NCBI RefSeq assembly: GCF_006345805.1
Contig: NC_042999.1
Location: forward strand, 95,790,001 to 95,854,000
Direction of reading: 5' to 3'
DNA length: 64,000 nt
From: Octopus sinensis
Lineage: Eukaryota
Below, piece after piece: positions 50,571-63,586 of this stretch. Position 1 is the first letter of the stretch. Each line of letters opens with the position of its first letter. The notes under the pieces are model-generated. The model was not told the origin of the DNA, ran no database searches, and worked only from the letters and a program-made list of their open reading frames with translations. Made by a program: the position numbers and the translations under genes.

Positions 50571-50630
50571 GAGCTAGCATGATATGGATAAGAGCTAGCA
50601 TGATATGGATAAGAGCTAGCATGATATGGA
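50571..50630. repeat. 21-bp tandem repeat x3 (GAGCTAGCATGATATGGATAA)
   Basis: Units start at 50571, 50592 and 50613. Confidence 0.9.
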
Positions 50631-51019
50631 AAGAGGTTCAGACAAGTCCTGTGGCATTCTTAACCACACTGGCGGCAATGTTACAGTGAATCAAAGAGAT
50701 CTACTACTGTCTTTAGTTACATCAGAAACTTAATACAGTGAGAGTGGGAAGAGACAAGAATGATTGAGAAATGGAAAATAGGGGCATAATAGCTAGAGGC
50801 ACGACTGAAAAAGGTAGAGGCAAAAGAGACATGGATAGTAGTGGTATGGATAATAGACAAGTGATAAGAAGGATATGTAATAAGACAAATGACTGGTGTG
50901 TGTGTTTGAGAGACAAGAGACACCCAAAGAGGCTAAAGACAACCTTGACAGTATCTACATATATGATGGCATATACCTACACACACACACACACACATGA
51001 TCACACTTATATATACAAC

Positions 51020-51500
51020 CAATATCCAGGGCTTCATCACTCCTGAAGGAGGAACCCCTCCCTGGCGTCCTTCCACCAGTCTGTCTCTGGCCAGTCATGG
51101 TCATGAAGGCTCCATGTAGCAGGTGAGATTATCACGCCATCTTGTCTTTAGTTGGCCTCTTGAACTTGTTCATTGTTTTGGTGTCCACCCTGTCACTTTG
51201 ATTGTCCATCTGTTATTCTTCAGTCACACAATGTGGTCAACCCATCTATATTTGTTCTACTTGATGACACTTATGATGTTGTTGACTCTCATGTATTGCC
51301 ATATCTAGGTGTAGGTTTTCTTGTTCTGCAATATGATTCTAAGCATAATTTGTTCCATTTCCATTGGGCTAAATGAAGGTGTTTATGATGCTAGTGTTGA
51401 GATCTCATGTTTCACTAACATAAATCATCACTTACAAAATGTACTTATTGAAGATCTTTTATTTTTCACATTCCGATTGTCAGGTAATACACACATATTA
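51020..51500 (-). mobile_element. RTE (BovB/Expander-like) ORF2 C-terminal fragment, a second RTE family
   Basis: Minus strand ends ..DWWKDAREGFLLQE* with a degenerate RWxD/GRP region upstream. Confidence 0.55.
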
Positions 51501-51609
51501 ACATACATGCATATATACATATAAACATACTATAAATGATTATTACAATTTCTAAACACCTGACCCCACTACTAATTAGGTCTCCTAGGTAACAACCTAT
51601 CAACTATTT

Positions 51610-52310
51610 TTAGAGAGCTACCTGGCATTGGAGAGAGATTATTTTGCATGTGCACTTAGTTTTTATTGCCTTTCTGAACCTATAGAATGCAAAGTGTTAG
51701 CTGACTGTAATTTTACTATAGCTCTTGTGAGTCCATTGTTTACACTGGGTACATAATGTTGAGTTCCTACCAAACCTTTTTCTTTACACCAATTATGGCC
51801 ATTTCCTTGATGGCATCAAATCCTGTTTTCCCTTGTATTTGCTAATATTTCAAGGCTTCTCAATTCTAGGTTTTATATTCGTGCCTGAAATTTCTTCTAT
51901 TGATTCAGCTAAGAGCTAAATCATTTGCTTATAGGATTCTTAATCTCTTCTATTATAGTTTAGAGGACTATAGCGAACAGATAGAGCTGAGGTCTAAGCC
52001 TTGATACACCCTAACTTCCTACTGATTTCATCACTAAACTCATTACTACTTCTTATTTTGCTAACTACAGCTAGTACAGCTTTCCCAACCACCCAACTAT
52101 CCCAATCTTCCTCAGTGACCCCCCCCCCCTGGTCAGAGAGCAAAGAATCCTATCAAAGGCTTTCTCTAGGTCAACAAATGCAAGATATATAGGCTTATTC
52201 TGTAAATATTACCCCAAAACTTAAAAAACAGCCTAGATTCAATTACTCTTCTAGTAGTGTCTTATAACACGTTAAGAGCCTACTATGAATAGGTTTCAGT
52301 GAGTTAATAA
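51610..52310 (-). mobile_element. Degenerate RTE RT fragment
   Basis: AFVDLEKAFDRI (about 52190-52150), a degenerate LYADDL (CTA TAA GCA AAT GAT TTA), and GRNSTLCTQCKQWTHK. Confidence 0.7.
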
Positions 52311-52517
52311 ACTTTTTCTGAGCACCTATTGAACTCAAGCACCCTGTAACTTTGGAGTTTGCTATATTTCATAATGTATCCAATAAGCTCTTACACATGC
52401 TTTCTAATATTTAATAGATTTATTTTTCAATGTTTTTATGACAGGTTTTCTTTTCTTTTTCTCAAAGTTGTATACATTATAATAAAGCTGTCTGCAGACA
52501 AGAAGAGAGAATTTCTG

Positions 52518-52942
52518 AATATTATTAATCAAGGATTACTAACTCTTTGCTTGCCAGGATACAAAACAATTCAATCTGTCAATATCATAGAAATTATATA
52601 GCTTTAGAAATAAAACATATTTTCTCTGTTGGTTAATTGATTCATGTATCGCCAAACTTTAACTTTATTTATACTTCACCATCAGTGTGTGTGAATGTGT
52701 ATTTAGTTACATATGTATATGTATGGAGGCACAAGTATGGCAGTGTGGTTAAGAAAATTGGTTCAGGACTACAGGTTTAGGAGTTTGGCTCAACAGTGCA
52801 GAAATTGTTGGTGGATGAAAGGAGAGGTTTCGATGTGTGCTATGTTTTATTGCTAAAGCTATATAATTTCTATGATATTGACAGATTGAATTGTTTTGTA
52901 TCTTGGCAAGCAAAGAGTTAGAAATCCTTGATTAGTAATATT
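52518..52942. repeat. 102-bp inverted repeat (4 mismatches) with a 221-bp spacer
   Basis: Arm 52518-52619 is the reverse complement of 52841-52942. Both arms give NQG.LTLCLP.YKTIQSVNIIEII* in the ORF track. Confidence 0.95.
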
Positions 52943-52949
52943 GTGTGTA

Positions 52950-54350
52950 TATATATCTCCTCGTATCATAGCTTTGCAATGTTCCTCTACCCTCACTTTG
53001 TAGGGGTGGCATGTTTCGCCTTTGTATAACCTACCACAACTGAATGGGATGGAGTACACGCAGTCTTTGGTCATATTTTCTTCTATTGGTGGCTTTACTT
53101 GAAGGAGATATTTGCGAAGTGTTGTATTACTCTTGAATACTGTCCTGATGTCATATGGGCCGCATATCTTTTGTATCTTTTTGGAGAGGCCTTTCACATA
53201 GGGCAGACAGACTGTGGACAGTTTATTGGTTTCATCCTCTCTTTTCTTCATAATTGGAGTGGATAGTATGTTTTGTGGGTAGTTGTTACTTAATAGATTG
53301 TTACTTAGCTTGATCATCTCTTTATGGTGGGTATCACGATCGCTACTTATATACACACATCCCTCTCTTTACACTGTATGGATGGTGGGAATTGAATTTG
53401 AGGTATCGTCCAGTGGAGGTCAGTTTGTGGTATACAGATGTCCTGAATCCATACTTGGTGCGTGATATTAATACATCTAGGAATGCTAGCTGATTGTCTT
53501 TTTCCTTTTCCATTGTAAACTGTATGGATGGCTTTATTGAGTTAACATGATCTAACAGCACTTGGACATCTTCCTGGTGAGGCCAGAGTATAAGGGTGTC
53601 ATCAACATATGACAGCCATAGGGTTGGTTCTAGTGGTGTTGATCCTAAAGCCAAATTCTCAAAGTATTCCATGTATATATTGGCTATTATCAGTGATACT
53701 AGTGCACCCATAGCTAAACCTTTTTCTTGTCAATACATATCAGTGTCCATACTGAAGTAGGTAATTTCTACACAGAAGGTCAACATTTCCATCAGGTTTC
53801 TTATTGGTATACTTGTGTATTCTTTTAGATAAGTGTATGTCACTAGTTTTTCTTGAGTCACTGATAGTGCTTCACCAGTTGGGACTTTGGTGAACAGATT
53901 CATTACATCTAGACTCACCATCAGCTAGATTCAATGGTGGTATCCTTGATCAATTCTGTGAAGTGGGTGGAATTCTTCAAGAACGATGTTGACTTTCCTG
54001 CTAATGGACTGATTATATCCACAAGGAAGTGGCTCATTGGATGACATGCTGAACCTCTACAGCTCACTATAGGTCTTAATGGAATACTATCCTTGTGAAT
54101 CTTAGAAAATATTTACTTTCAGCCTCAGTCTCACTGAAAACACAGTACTGTGTGACTGAGAAAAGTAGGAAGCAGTTGAGAGATGAGAAATAGGGGCATG
54201 GTCTGAGAAGCAGCAAATATAAAGGCTTGGCAAAAGAGATATAGACAACAAGGTTATGGGCAATAAAAATATGATTTGTAAGGATGAATGAATGCATGAT
54301 AGGGATACTAAAGGGATGAAAGGCTATAATAGATATTAATGATGCAGACT
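52950..54350 (-). mobile_element. Penelope-like element (Penelope/Poseidon type): RT plus GIY-YIG, frameshifted and truncated
   Basis: SLDVMNLFTKVP, MGALVSLIIANIYME, WLSYVDD, LAFLDV, TGRYLKFNSHHP, LPYVKGLS, VYSIPFSCGRLYKGET (ORFs 53730..53921, 53343..53711, 52859..53356). A pyrimidine-rich pLTR-like stretch lies at about 54090-54350. Confidence 0.9.
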
Positions 54351-54999
54351 TAATAGTAGGAAGATGTATATATATATACACATGCATGCATATATGCACA
54401 CATGTGCATACACCTCATAATACATACCTACATATACACATGAAATTATTTTAATGTCAGTTTTGTCAAGCCTTTCTTCTTCTGCAGTGTGGTCCTTTGT
54501 ATAGGGGATGCAACAACTTCAGATCTGTCTTCGCCATTTTTTCCATTCTTCCTCAACCTGCCTCTTCCACTGCTCCATGACACTTCTTTATACAGCTGTC
54601 CTCTTGCTTATATATCACATGCCCATACAAACAATATTTTCTCTTGCACACTACACTTGATTCCTCTTATGCTTTGTTTTTCTCTGAGGTCTTTTGTGCT
54701 TTATCTAGTATTACACATCCAGGGGAATGTACTTGCTTTTTTAGCCTTTGCATTCAAGGCCTATGTCTCAATGTCTCATTACAATGTAACATCATGATTT
54801 GAACACACGCATTATACAATCTACTCTTACCTCTTAGTAAAACCCTTTTGATACCAGCAAAGGTTATAGTTCAATGAGTTTTTTTCCTAATGAGTACTTA
54901 CTCTGCTTATTATGCTCTCAAAATACCCACATTCAGTACTAAATAGTTCTATTAAGCAACAGCTACTATCTACTATTTCTAGTGAGTGTCTAAGCTTTA

Positions 55000-55440
55000 G
55001 AGGAAGTCTATTTTGCATGTGCTCTTAATATTTACTAACCTTGTGCACTTGCTGCATATGAAGTTTACCAACTCTGTTAGACTACCTGTGTTCCTACCAT
55101 ACTTCTTGTGAATCTATAGTTTACCCTGGATACATCAAATAGAATTCCTTCCTAGATTTTCCATATAACATGCATGGCAGTTTTTTTATGGTAGCAGAGC
55201 CTGTCTTCTTTTATACTAATACTTTGCTAAATTCACTTGGAGGACTTTTGAGTTTTGTTCCCATGCCTGGAATTTCTTTACTGCTACAGGTAAGAGCTAG
55301 GTTGTCAGCATAAAAACATTCCTGCCAGCATCTGGTTTTAAATTATTCTACTATAGCTTGGAGGATTATAATGAATATAAAGGGATTGAGGGCTGAGCCC
55401 TGGTGCACCTCTCATTATTCAGAAAACCATAATTACTGTT
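55000..55440 (-). mobile_element. Degenerate RTE RT fragment
   Basis: Minus strand reads GCWQECFYADNLAL (GCPWELLYADDLAL motif) near 55330-55290. Confidence 0.55.
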
Positions 55441-55751
55441 TAAATTCCACATTTAATATTTTCATTTAATGTGTTATCAAGATAATTTTATTGTTTTAAA
55501 TTGAAAAATACCTCTGCAAAGATGACCACACTACTAATCTCTGGACCACAACTCCATTTGAACACTAAACTTGTACATTAAATTTGCCCACTAAACCTGT
55601 TCTGTACACATGCATAAAACACTCTTCTCCATTTGGATAAACCTCCAATTTTGGAGAATATCATCGATCCATTTCCACATGACAAGTTGTGTCTTCATTG
55701 ACTTTGAGAAAATCTAGAAAGTCAGCTCAGTCATATCATAATTTGTTATTG

Positions 55752-56012
55752 CAGTGATTCCCAATATTTTTGATGTTATGGTGAACAGGAAATCAAATAA
55801 CTAATTAATACACTTAACATTAAAAAAAAAATCGTAATGTATATTTTTGAAGTTACAAATTAAGAAAACCAATACTTATGTATACAGTAATCATATTATA
55901 TAACAAAAGTATGAATTTCATGTTTTTCAGTTTAAATTTCCAAACCTCCCCGATTTTTAAAATCTGCAGTATGCTTGGAAACCTTTTTCTTAACACTATT
56001 TGAGAACCACTA
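55752..56012. mobile_element. Older hAT-like MITE
   Basis: CAGTGATTCCCAA ... TTGAGAACCACTA ends. Flanks TGTTATTG / AGCTATTG form a partly decayed 8-bp TSD. Confidence 0.5.
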
Positions 56013-57935
56013 AGCTATTGTGATAGTCTTAGCTGTCTAGAGTTTCAGACCTCTACCAGTGGATGGATAAATATAGTTTAGTTAATGATTATATTGGCTG
56101 AGTTCATATATTTTTTCACTTGATCCAAATTCAGAAAGCTCTAATTATTGTATCTGTGAAAAGTAGATTTTATATTGGAGGGGATTAAAGGAGAGTATTA
56201 TGATAGGGCTCTTTCATAATATTAAGATAAATTTTTGACAGAATATGTGAAACATTTTTTAATTGCAGCTGAAAGTATCTTCCTAACCTCACCAATGTCT
56301 TTGAGAAGTCTTGAACAGTATAATTTTCTCTGCTTTTATATTTACTCAGTAATATTATCATCACTTATAACAAATCTTGATAGCTAGTAGTAATTCCTTA
56401 GTCATGTGAGACTGGTTAAATTTTCCAAATTGCTGGAGGCCTTTCATTTAGATAGATTCTATTATAAAAGACATGAACCTAAATCTCTCAAATAACTCAC
56501 ATCCTTATATTTCTAAAATCTCATGACTAAATTAGAATGATTTTGCTTATTCTGTTGTGTCTTAGGAGCACTCATTTACTTATTCATTTTTCTAGAAAAA
56601 TAAATAAATAAGTGGAAATTTTACTGGTGGGTGTGTTAAATTATAAGGCACTAAAAGAGACACAACAGAATATGCTTCAACACACAAACTCACATAAAGA
56701 CTCTTGCAAACCAAATTCAAAAACAAAATAAAATAAATTTTGTTTATTATTAAGTTATTATTACCAGTGGTATTCAGGCACTGAAATAATGCAGTACCAA
56801 AACTGAGTGATAAATGATATTTACTTTTTTTTATATCCCTCAAACCATAACATATATGCTCTTGTGCTAGTCTAAGCATTTTATCTTATAATTATAATCT
56901 TATTTTTGTTATATGCTTTCTTATTACATCTTGCTCAAAACAATAATAATGCTTTTACATGCAAAAAAGAAACTTGATGGTTTGAAAAACTGAAAAAAGA
57001 AATATGAGTTTTTCAAGCTTTTGCTAAAAATAAAATAAAATTATCTGAGAGTCAAAACTGGGTTGTGAATTCAATTGTATTGAATGTACCATCATGCTAA
57101 AATATTACTTATATTAAATTTTTAGAGCAAATAAGTGTCCTCTCTTTTAACTATGCAAGTGAAAGTCATCAAAATTAATAAATACTATATGCATTTCTAC
57201 AAGTACAATGCATGATTTCTCTTACTGATTCCATCATAATATTTGAAATTTGATTGAAGAATCTGTTGAGAAAGTCTGAGAAAAGAATTTAGCAAATGAT
57301 ATGGTGTAATTATACATATTTTCTGAAATAATTATATGATATAGATTGAAAAGAGCTAGATATAGATATAATCATGCATTATATGGAGAAATAGAATTAT
57401 TTCCATTCAATATAGATATGTACTACTATATTAACATTTGGAATATAGTATTGTTGAAAGACAAAAACAAAAAAATATTTAACATGTTTGAATGTATTTT
57501 GCTTAGCGTTTCATCAGAAATTCATGTTTTAGGTGTTCTGTCCTACGTTTTCTCTAACAGAATTTTTTAAAATTTGCCCAATCTATTATGCATTATAAGA
57601 AATAGATTTTCTTCAGTAGTAATTTGAACTTAATTTACTTGATAAAATTTTTATCTTACTTGAGTTAATTTTAGTAAATTATAACATTATATCTCAGTCA
57701 AACTAATATAGATGTAACTTACATATGTCTGGTTTAATTTGCTACTTAAATTTATACATAAATTAATAGATAATTGAGCTTTATCTTTGGTAAATAGAAG
57801 CTTATTAACTATTTTTGGTCATGTGTACATAATATTCAAGTATTTTATCCTGAGAGATAATGGTGTGATCATTAATTTAAGAACAAAGATGAAATTTTCA
57901 CGACGACATAATTTGTTCGTCTAAATTCGATTCAG

Positions 57936-58021
57936 AAATTATACTGCAAACACCTATGTTTAGTCCTGCTGCTTCTGAATTAGAGATATTGAGGTCAACA
58001 AGAGTCACCTCCCTTAGACAA
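57936..58021 (+). CDS. Candidate exon: either internal (phase 1 to 0) or an ATG exon 57956-58021 (MFSPAASELEILRSTRVTSLRQ)
   Basis: Open frame in a CpG-retaining patch. Donor CAA|GTATGC at 58021/58022. Weak acceptor TTCGATTCAG ends at 57935, in the phase that matches the 31985 donor. Confidence 0.35.
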
Positions 58022-58627
58022 GTATGCATTCGCTTAGAAGTAAAAATTAAGTAATGGAATATATTTTTTATTATTCATGGATTAATAACATTGGATTTCC
58101 AAAATTGCGAGGTCATTCATTTCTGTTGCTCTGTGGTATTTTAAATCATAAATTTAATTGTGATTTCTGTTTAATTAGCATAGTTTCAATGAAGCTAAAA
58201 CCGTGTATTTTGCAAGGGAAATAACTGTGCCGCTTAATGTGTCCATGACTCATTATACTTGCAACTGAAATGAGAGTTCAATAACTATAAGTTAGCTATT
58301 CATTTATGAAATATTATTTAATTATTACTGAAACCCTTAAGATAGAAATTTATATTTCTATAACCATAAATTTGAAATTGCCATCAGGGAGTTTTCTAAA
58401 ATAGAATTATTGCATGAAAAATATTTATCTGGTTGAGTAAATTTTCATTTTATGATATTACATTTATATTTGATAATTCATTACTAAGGTAAAAAAATGA
58501 AACAAAATTTAGATTGTGCAGATTGTATATTCATAAAATAGTTGTAATCATATAAAATCTTAGTCTTCAAAAAATACTGTCAGTGGTTTAAATAGAATTT
58601 TGCTGTTAATATTGAATAGCTTATTAA

Positions 58628-58841
58628 GGTGGTGAGCTGGGAGAGCTATTAGCATGCTGGCCAAAATGCTCAGCAACATTTTGCCTGTCTTTATGTTCTG
58701 AGTTCAAATTCTGTCATGGTTGATTCTTCCTTTTGTCCTTTTAGAGTCAATAAAATAAGTACCATTTGAGCACGGCAGTCAATGTAGTTGATTTACCCAC
58801 TCCCCCAAAATTTGCTGGCTTTGTACCAAAATTTGAAACCA
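58628..58841 (+). mobile_element. Near full-length octopus-type tRNA SINE
   Basis: GGTGGTGAGCTGG..GAGTTCAAATTC..ATAAAATAAGTACC..CCCCCAAAATTTGCTGGCTTTGTACCAAAATTTGAAACC. Confidence 0.8.
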
Positions 58842-60994
58842 ATATTGAATATTTTATTCACATTATGAATTAATTCAGTTAAAATTATATATAAATAAAA
58901 AAAAAAGAGTTATGAATGCTAGTACAATTTAAATGAGTTTGAATATATTTTCAAATTATTGAATGGATATCATAGGAAAACCTTCAACTTCTGTTACAGA
59001 GCAGACAGTAAGTGTCTATGCTATATTGAAATTCTTAGAAACAAATAATCCAAAAGAATAATCATTTGCAACATGTCAGCTATTGAAATAAAATTTTTTT
59101 GCTCTACATTAAGGAAATCTGAAATCTTTCTCACTATTTTGTTGTTATCTATGATATATACTGTTATATAAAATATAAACATAGTCAAAATATGGCAATT
59201 AGTGTAATCTTACATATCAAAAATAATCCCTATCAAAGGATTTTTTAATGAAAATTGGAAATTTCCATTATATAACTTATATATTCACTTTGCCATTTAA
59301 CAAAAAAAAAATTGTCTCATTTTCTGTCTGTCTCTCCCTCTCCACCCCACCCTTACCCCAAAACACACACACATTTTGTGCTAGCGACTGTGTATTGTAT
59401 AATTAGCATTTGCCGGAACTATTGTTATTATAAGCAAAAATGTCCCTTTACATAACTGAGAAGTGAGAGCAAATGTGTGTTTTCGTAAAGCAAATACAGC
59501 AGAGTTATGTACCTTGCTCAGGAGCACATGATAATTCACTCAAGTGCTTTAATAAGTGAATGAATTTAATCTTATATAAGTAATTTACACTTATTATCAT
59601 TGTCACATACATACATACATGCTTATATGTATGCGGGCATATATATGCATGTGTACACACAGACACAAACACATGATAATGAAAATGTTTATTTGTGAAG
59701 TGTAAAACATTATTGCCAGCTAAATTTTACACTACATATAATGAAGAGGAAATAAGATGTCACTGTTAACAGCAATATACCTTTCAGTATGTATTGCAAT
59801 GTATTATTTATTATATACAAATGGCTCACCTTGATGTATTTAATTTTTACATTTACTTTTGAATACAGAAAACTACCAAGTGGTTTCTGATTCTATTGAA
59901 CATGTTCCACAACAGATATGCAAATATTATCTCCAAAGCTTAAATATAGTTGAAATATGTATGTTTAATTCATTGTAAATCATATATATAAATGGAACAG
60001 GAAATTCTGTGAGTAGTTATATAAATCTCATTGGATTCCAGTTGCTAATATATTTTTCAGGAGGGATTTCTGATTGAATAAGACTTATAGCGGGGCATCT
60101 TTCTTTAGAGGTATGCTCATAGCTCTATTGTAGAATCATGTAGTCTCTTCCTTCGTTTGGAAAAAACTGATCATCTGGAAAGGCCTTGGATCTAGGATTT
60201 TTGGAAAATCAGTGAGGCTCCTGTACGTATGTGTGTGTACTTACATGCACACACACAAACATATTTAATATACACAGAATTTAAATGCAATATTATAAGC
60301 TTCAAACTTCCAGTGGTACAATAGTTAGATGAGCTTGTCTGGTGTGCAGTGTACTATAAGCCTATCATTCAGGCTCAAAAATACAACTTGGAGATGCGAG
60401 AAAGAATGGGAGAAAAAAGTAAACGAAAAAAGGAAATGATAAAAACAGCATGGAGTGAAAGGAGAATTCCCATTCTAATAGACCCCTTAGAATAGGAATT
60501 GACAATGGTTGGTGCAGTAAATTTGAAGAGTAAAGGTTAAAGCTTGCGAGACTGTATGCTTAATTCAGAGAGGGTGGTATTTAGTTTTATAATAGAAACT
60601 TATCCAGATACTTGTACTTAGTGAAGATCTCCAATCTAGAATTCAGTTGGCAAATTGGCTTAAGATGGATATGAGTTGTTTCAGCTATACAAAGCCTCCA
60701 CAACCTTGACCCATTGACATATGGTACGGATCACTCTACGATGCTTCACTTGATGGTATTTGGGGTTTTGTGGGCCTTCAAGTCACGGATATGGCTAGGT
60801 AACTTACTGCATTATTTCTTGTCTATGTGTCGGAAAGAAGACTTGTGGTTAGCATTTCTTTTTATAAAGTCATTTTCACACAGACCATATACGTTTTCAT
60901 TTGAGTTTCATTATTTTGTAGAACTGAGATGACTTCCACTTTGTAAACCACTGAGTAGACCATCCATGTCTGGTCAATTACACTTTGGAGTAGG

Positions 60995-61640
60995 GACCTA
61001 GTTGAAAAAAGTTGATAGGCTGACATAGATATCCCCTTGGAATGAGATCAAACAAAGTTTATTTTTCAACAAAATCTTCCTTACAGTTCACACACTACTT
61101 CCATTGGTATTGCGGTGCTTTGATCCTGTTGATCGAGTAGCTTTCATCCAGTTGGTCAAACAAGTTATCAACAGCAGATATGACTTCATCATCACTGCAA
61201 TACTGCTTCCCAACCAAGTGTCTCTTCATATTGGGAAACAAATGATAGTCATATGGAGCCAAATCAGAAGAGTAGGGATAGAAATCAAGAAGTTCAAAGC
61301 CACAGTCACACACAGCAGCCATAGAAACCAAGATCATTGCTCTGATGAAACAAGACCTTTTTTGTCAATTTTCCTGGACATTTGATCTTTATAGCCTTTC
61401 ATAACTACCTTAGCAAGTTGGCATAGTATTCTCCATTGATGGCACAGCCCTTTTGAAGATAGTTGATAAACACAATGCCTTTTACATCCAAAATGCCTTT
61501 TGCATCACATTCCCTCAGATGAAATTACTATGGGTTTCTTTGGGGCAGGTGAGTAGATGGTATTTCCGCTGCCTGGATTATTCCTTCATCTCTGGTTAAA
61601 AGTGATGAATTCAGCGTTCATCTTCTGTTAGGAAACATTC
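60995..61640 (-). mobile_element. mariner (DD34D) transposase catalytic-domain fossil
   Basis: DER*IHHF.PE, FWDVKGIVFINYLQKG.AINGEYYANLL, YSSDLAPYDYHLFPNMK (ORF 61095..61337). Confidence 0.85.
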
Positions 61641-61801
61641 AAGGATACAAACTAGATCTGTCTCAAACAATGTCATATTATAAGGTGAGATTTGAAGGAT
61701 CTTTCTTGACTAACATGCACCACACACACGCAGAAGAGTATAGTGTATGGTTTGAGGTTAATTTGGTCATGCACACTCATACACGCACATTTACATACAC
61801 A

Positions 61802-61838
<37 letters not shown>

Positions 61839-61841
<3 letters not shown>

Positions 61842-62352
61842 TCATCATCATCATCATCGTTTAACAATCATACTCAGGCCAACGATCGTGCTCAGGGCAT
61901 ATATATACATATATATATATATCATCATCATCATCATCATTGTTTAACATCTGCTTTCTATGCTAGCATGGGTTGGACGATTTGACTGAGGTCTGGCAAG
62001 CCAGATGGCTGCACCAGACTCCAATCTGATCTGGCAGAGATTCTACTACAGCTGGATGCCCTTCCTAACACCAACCACTCCAAGATTGTAGTGGGTGCTT
62101 TTACATGCCATCAGCACGAGGGCCAGTCAGGCGGTACTGGCAATGGCCACGCTCAAAAGGTGTTTATGTGCCATCTGCACAAGAGGTAGTCTAGCGGCAC
62201 TGGTAATGACCTCGCTCGAATGTTTTTTTACATGCCACTGGCACAAGTGCCAGTAAGACGACACTGGCAACAATCATGCTCAAATGGTTCCTTTATGTGC
62301 CACCGGCATGGAAGCCAGTCACCTGCTCTGGCAATGATCATGCTCAGGGCAT

Positions 62353-62397
<45 letters not shown>

Positions 62398-62992
62398 TCA
62401 TCATCATTGCTTAACGTCTGCTTTCCATGCTATCATGGGTTGGACGATTTGACTGAGGTCTGGCGAACCAGATGGCTGCATCTGACTCCAATCTGACCTG
62501 GCAGAGTTTCTACAGCTGAATGCCCTTCCTAACGCCAACCACTCCGAGAGTGTAGTGGGTGCTTTTACGTGCCACTGGCATGAAGGCCAGTTAGATGGTA
62601 CTGGTAATGGCCATGCTCAAATGGTGCTTTTTATGTGCCACCCGCACAGGAGCCAGTCCAGCGGCACTGGCAACAACCTTGCTTGAATGTTTTTTTTCAC
62701 GTGCCACCAGCACAAGTGCTAGTAAGGCGACGCAGGTAACGATCACGCTCGAATGGTGTTTTTAACGTGCCATCGGCATGGAGGCCAGCTTGTTGCTCTG
62801 GCAATGATCTCGCTCATATAGTACTCTTAGCACTCCACTAGCACAGATGCCAGTCATCGAGTTTGATTTCCATTTCGATTTCACTTGCCTCAGCAGGTCT
62901 TAGCAAGCAGAGTTTAGTGTCCAATGAAAGAAAGGCACACATAAGTGGACTGGTTACACCCCTGGCATAGGCCACAAGGTTATGGTCTCACT
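61839..62992 (-). mobile_element. Stack of three RTE-type 3'-end copies in the same orientation, each anchored in (TA)n(CAT)n
   Basis: Tails at 61839, 61921 and 62394. The two long copies carry about 64-66 bp VNTR units (TGCCACCGGCAC..GCTCGAATGG). Confidence 0.85.
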
Positions 62993-63211
62993 TGCGCTTG
63001 CATATATATATATACACACAGACCCATTCACACACACTTGTATGTGTATCTATTTGTCAATATGTGTTTGTAAATATGTGTATACACACACACGTGGGTG
63101 TGTTTCCATATGCACATTTCTTTATAGCTTTCATTGCACATGCAATAAAAAATACGTCAGGAAAAATTTTAATGTTAAGGAGTTATCTCCCATTAATTTT
63201 TTTTTCCGCAG

Positions 63212-63296
63212 GCTATAATTTTTAATTTTCATGCTAGCAAATTATTTGGCATGCACCACTGATATTGACACATTACTTGCAGCCTCTCTCATGCAG
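63212..63296 (+). CDS. Candidate exon with a strong acceptor; ATG 63231 gives MLANYLACTTDIDTLLAASLMQ with a phase-0 donor
   Basis: TTAAT branch-like motif plus TTTTTTTTTCCGCAG| at 63211. Donor CAG|GTAAAT at 63296/63297. Entered in phase 1 from the 31985 donor it would read K-G-Y-N-F-stop instead. Confidence 0.4.
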
Positions 63297-63586
63297 GTAA
63301 ATATATTTATTGTGTGTGTGTGTGTCCATCTAGTGAGAAGCTGTGAAGACCATAATTTAAATGAGACAATATACAAGCTGATACAGTTATTAATGGCAAA
63401 GCACACACACATGATATATATATATATTTATAATGTTAATATTAGGGAGTATCATTGTTTGAGTTGCATAGTAGTGGTTTTATCTCTAATTTATATTATA
63501 TATATATAAATAGATGGATCGATTGATAGATAGATAGAAAAAGGAGACAAATGCTCAAGATGTTATTAAATCATTAATATCTTCAG

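Noticed and set aside
55271-55296. Plus-strand TTTCTTTACTGCTACAG|GTAAGAG recursive-splice-like site
   Set aside because: It lies inside the antisense strand of a decayed RTE RT fragment, so it is most likely chance.
60500-60950. Possible Gypsy integrase zinc-finger remnant on the minus strand
   Set aside because: Only vague spacing similarity was seen, with no clear HHCC or DDE motif.
168-63509. Most of the short ORFs in the supplied track
   Set aside because: They are microsatellite or low-complexity read-throughs (YIYI, CVCV, HTHT, DDDD) or shadow frames of repeats, with no splice or homology support.
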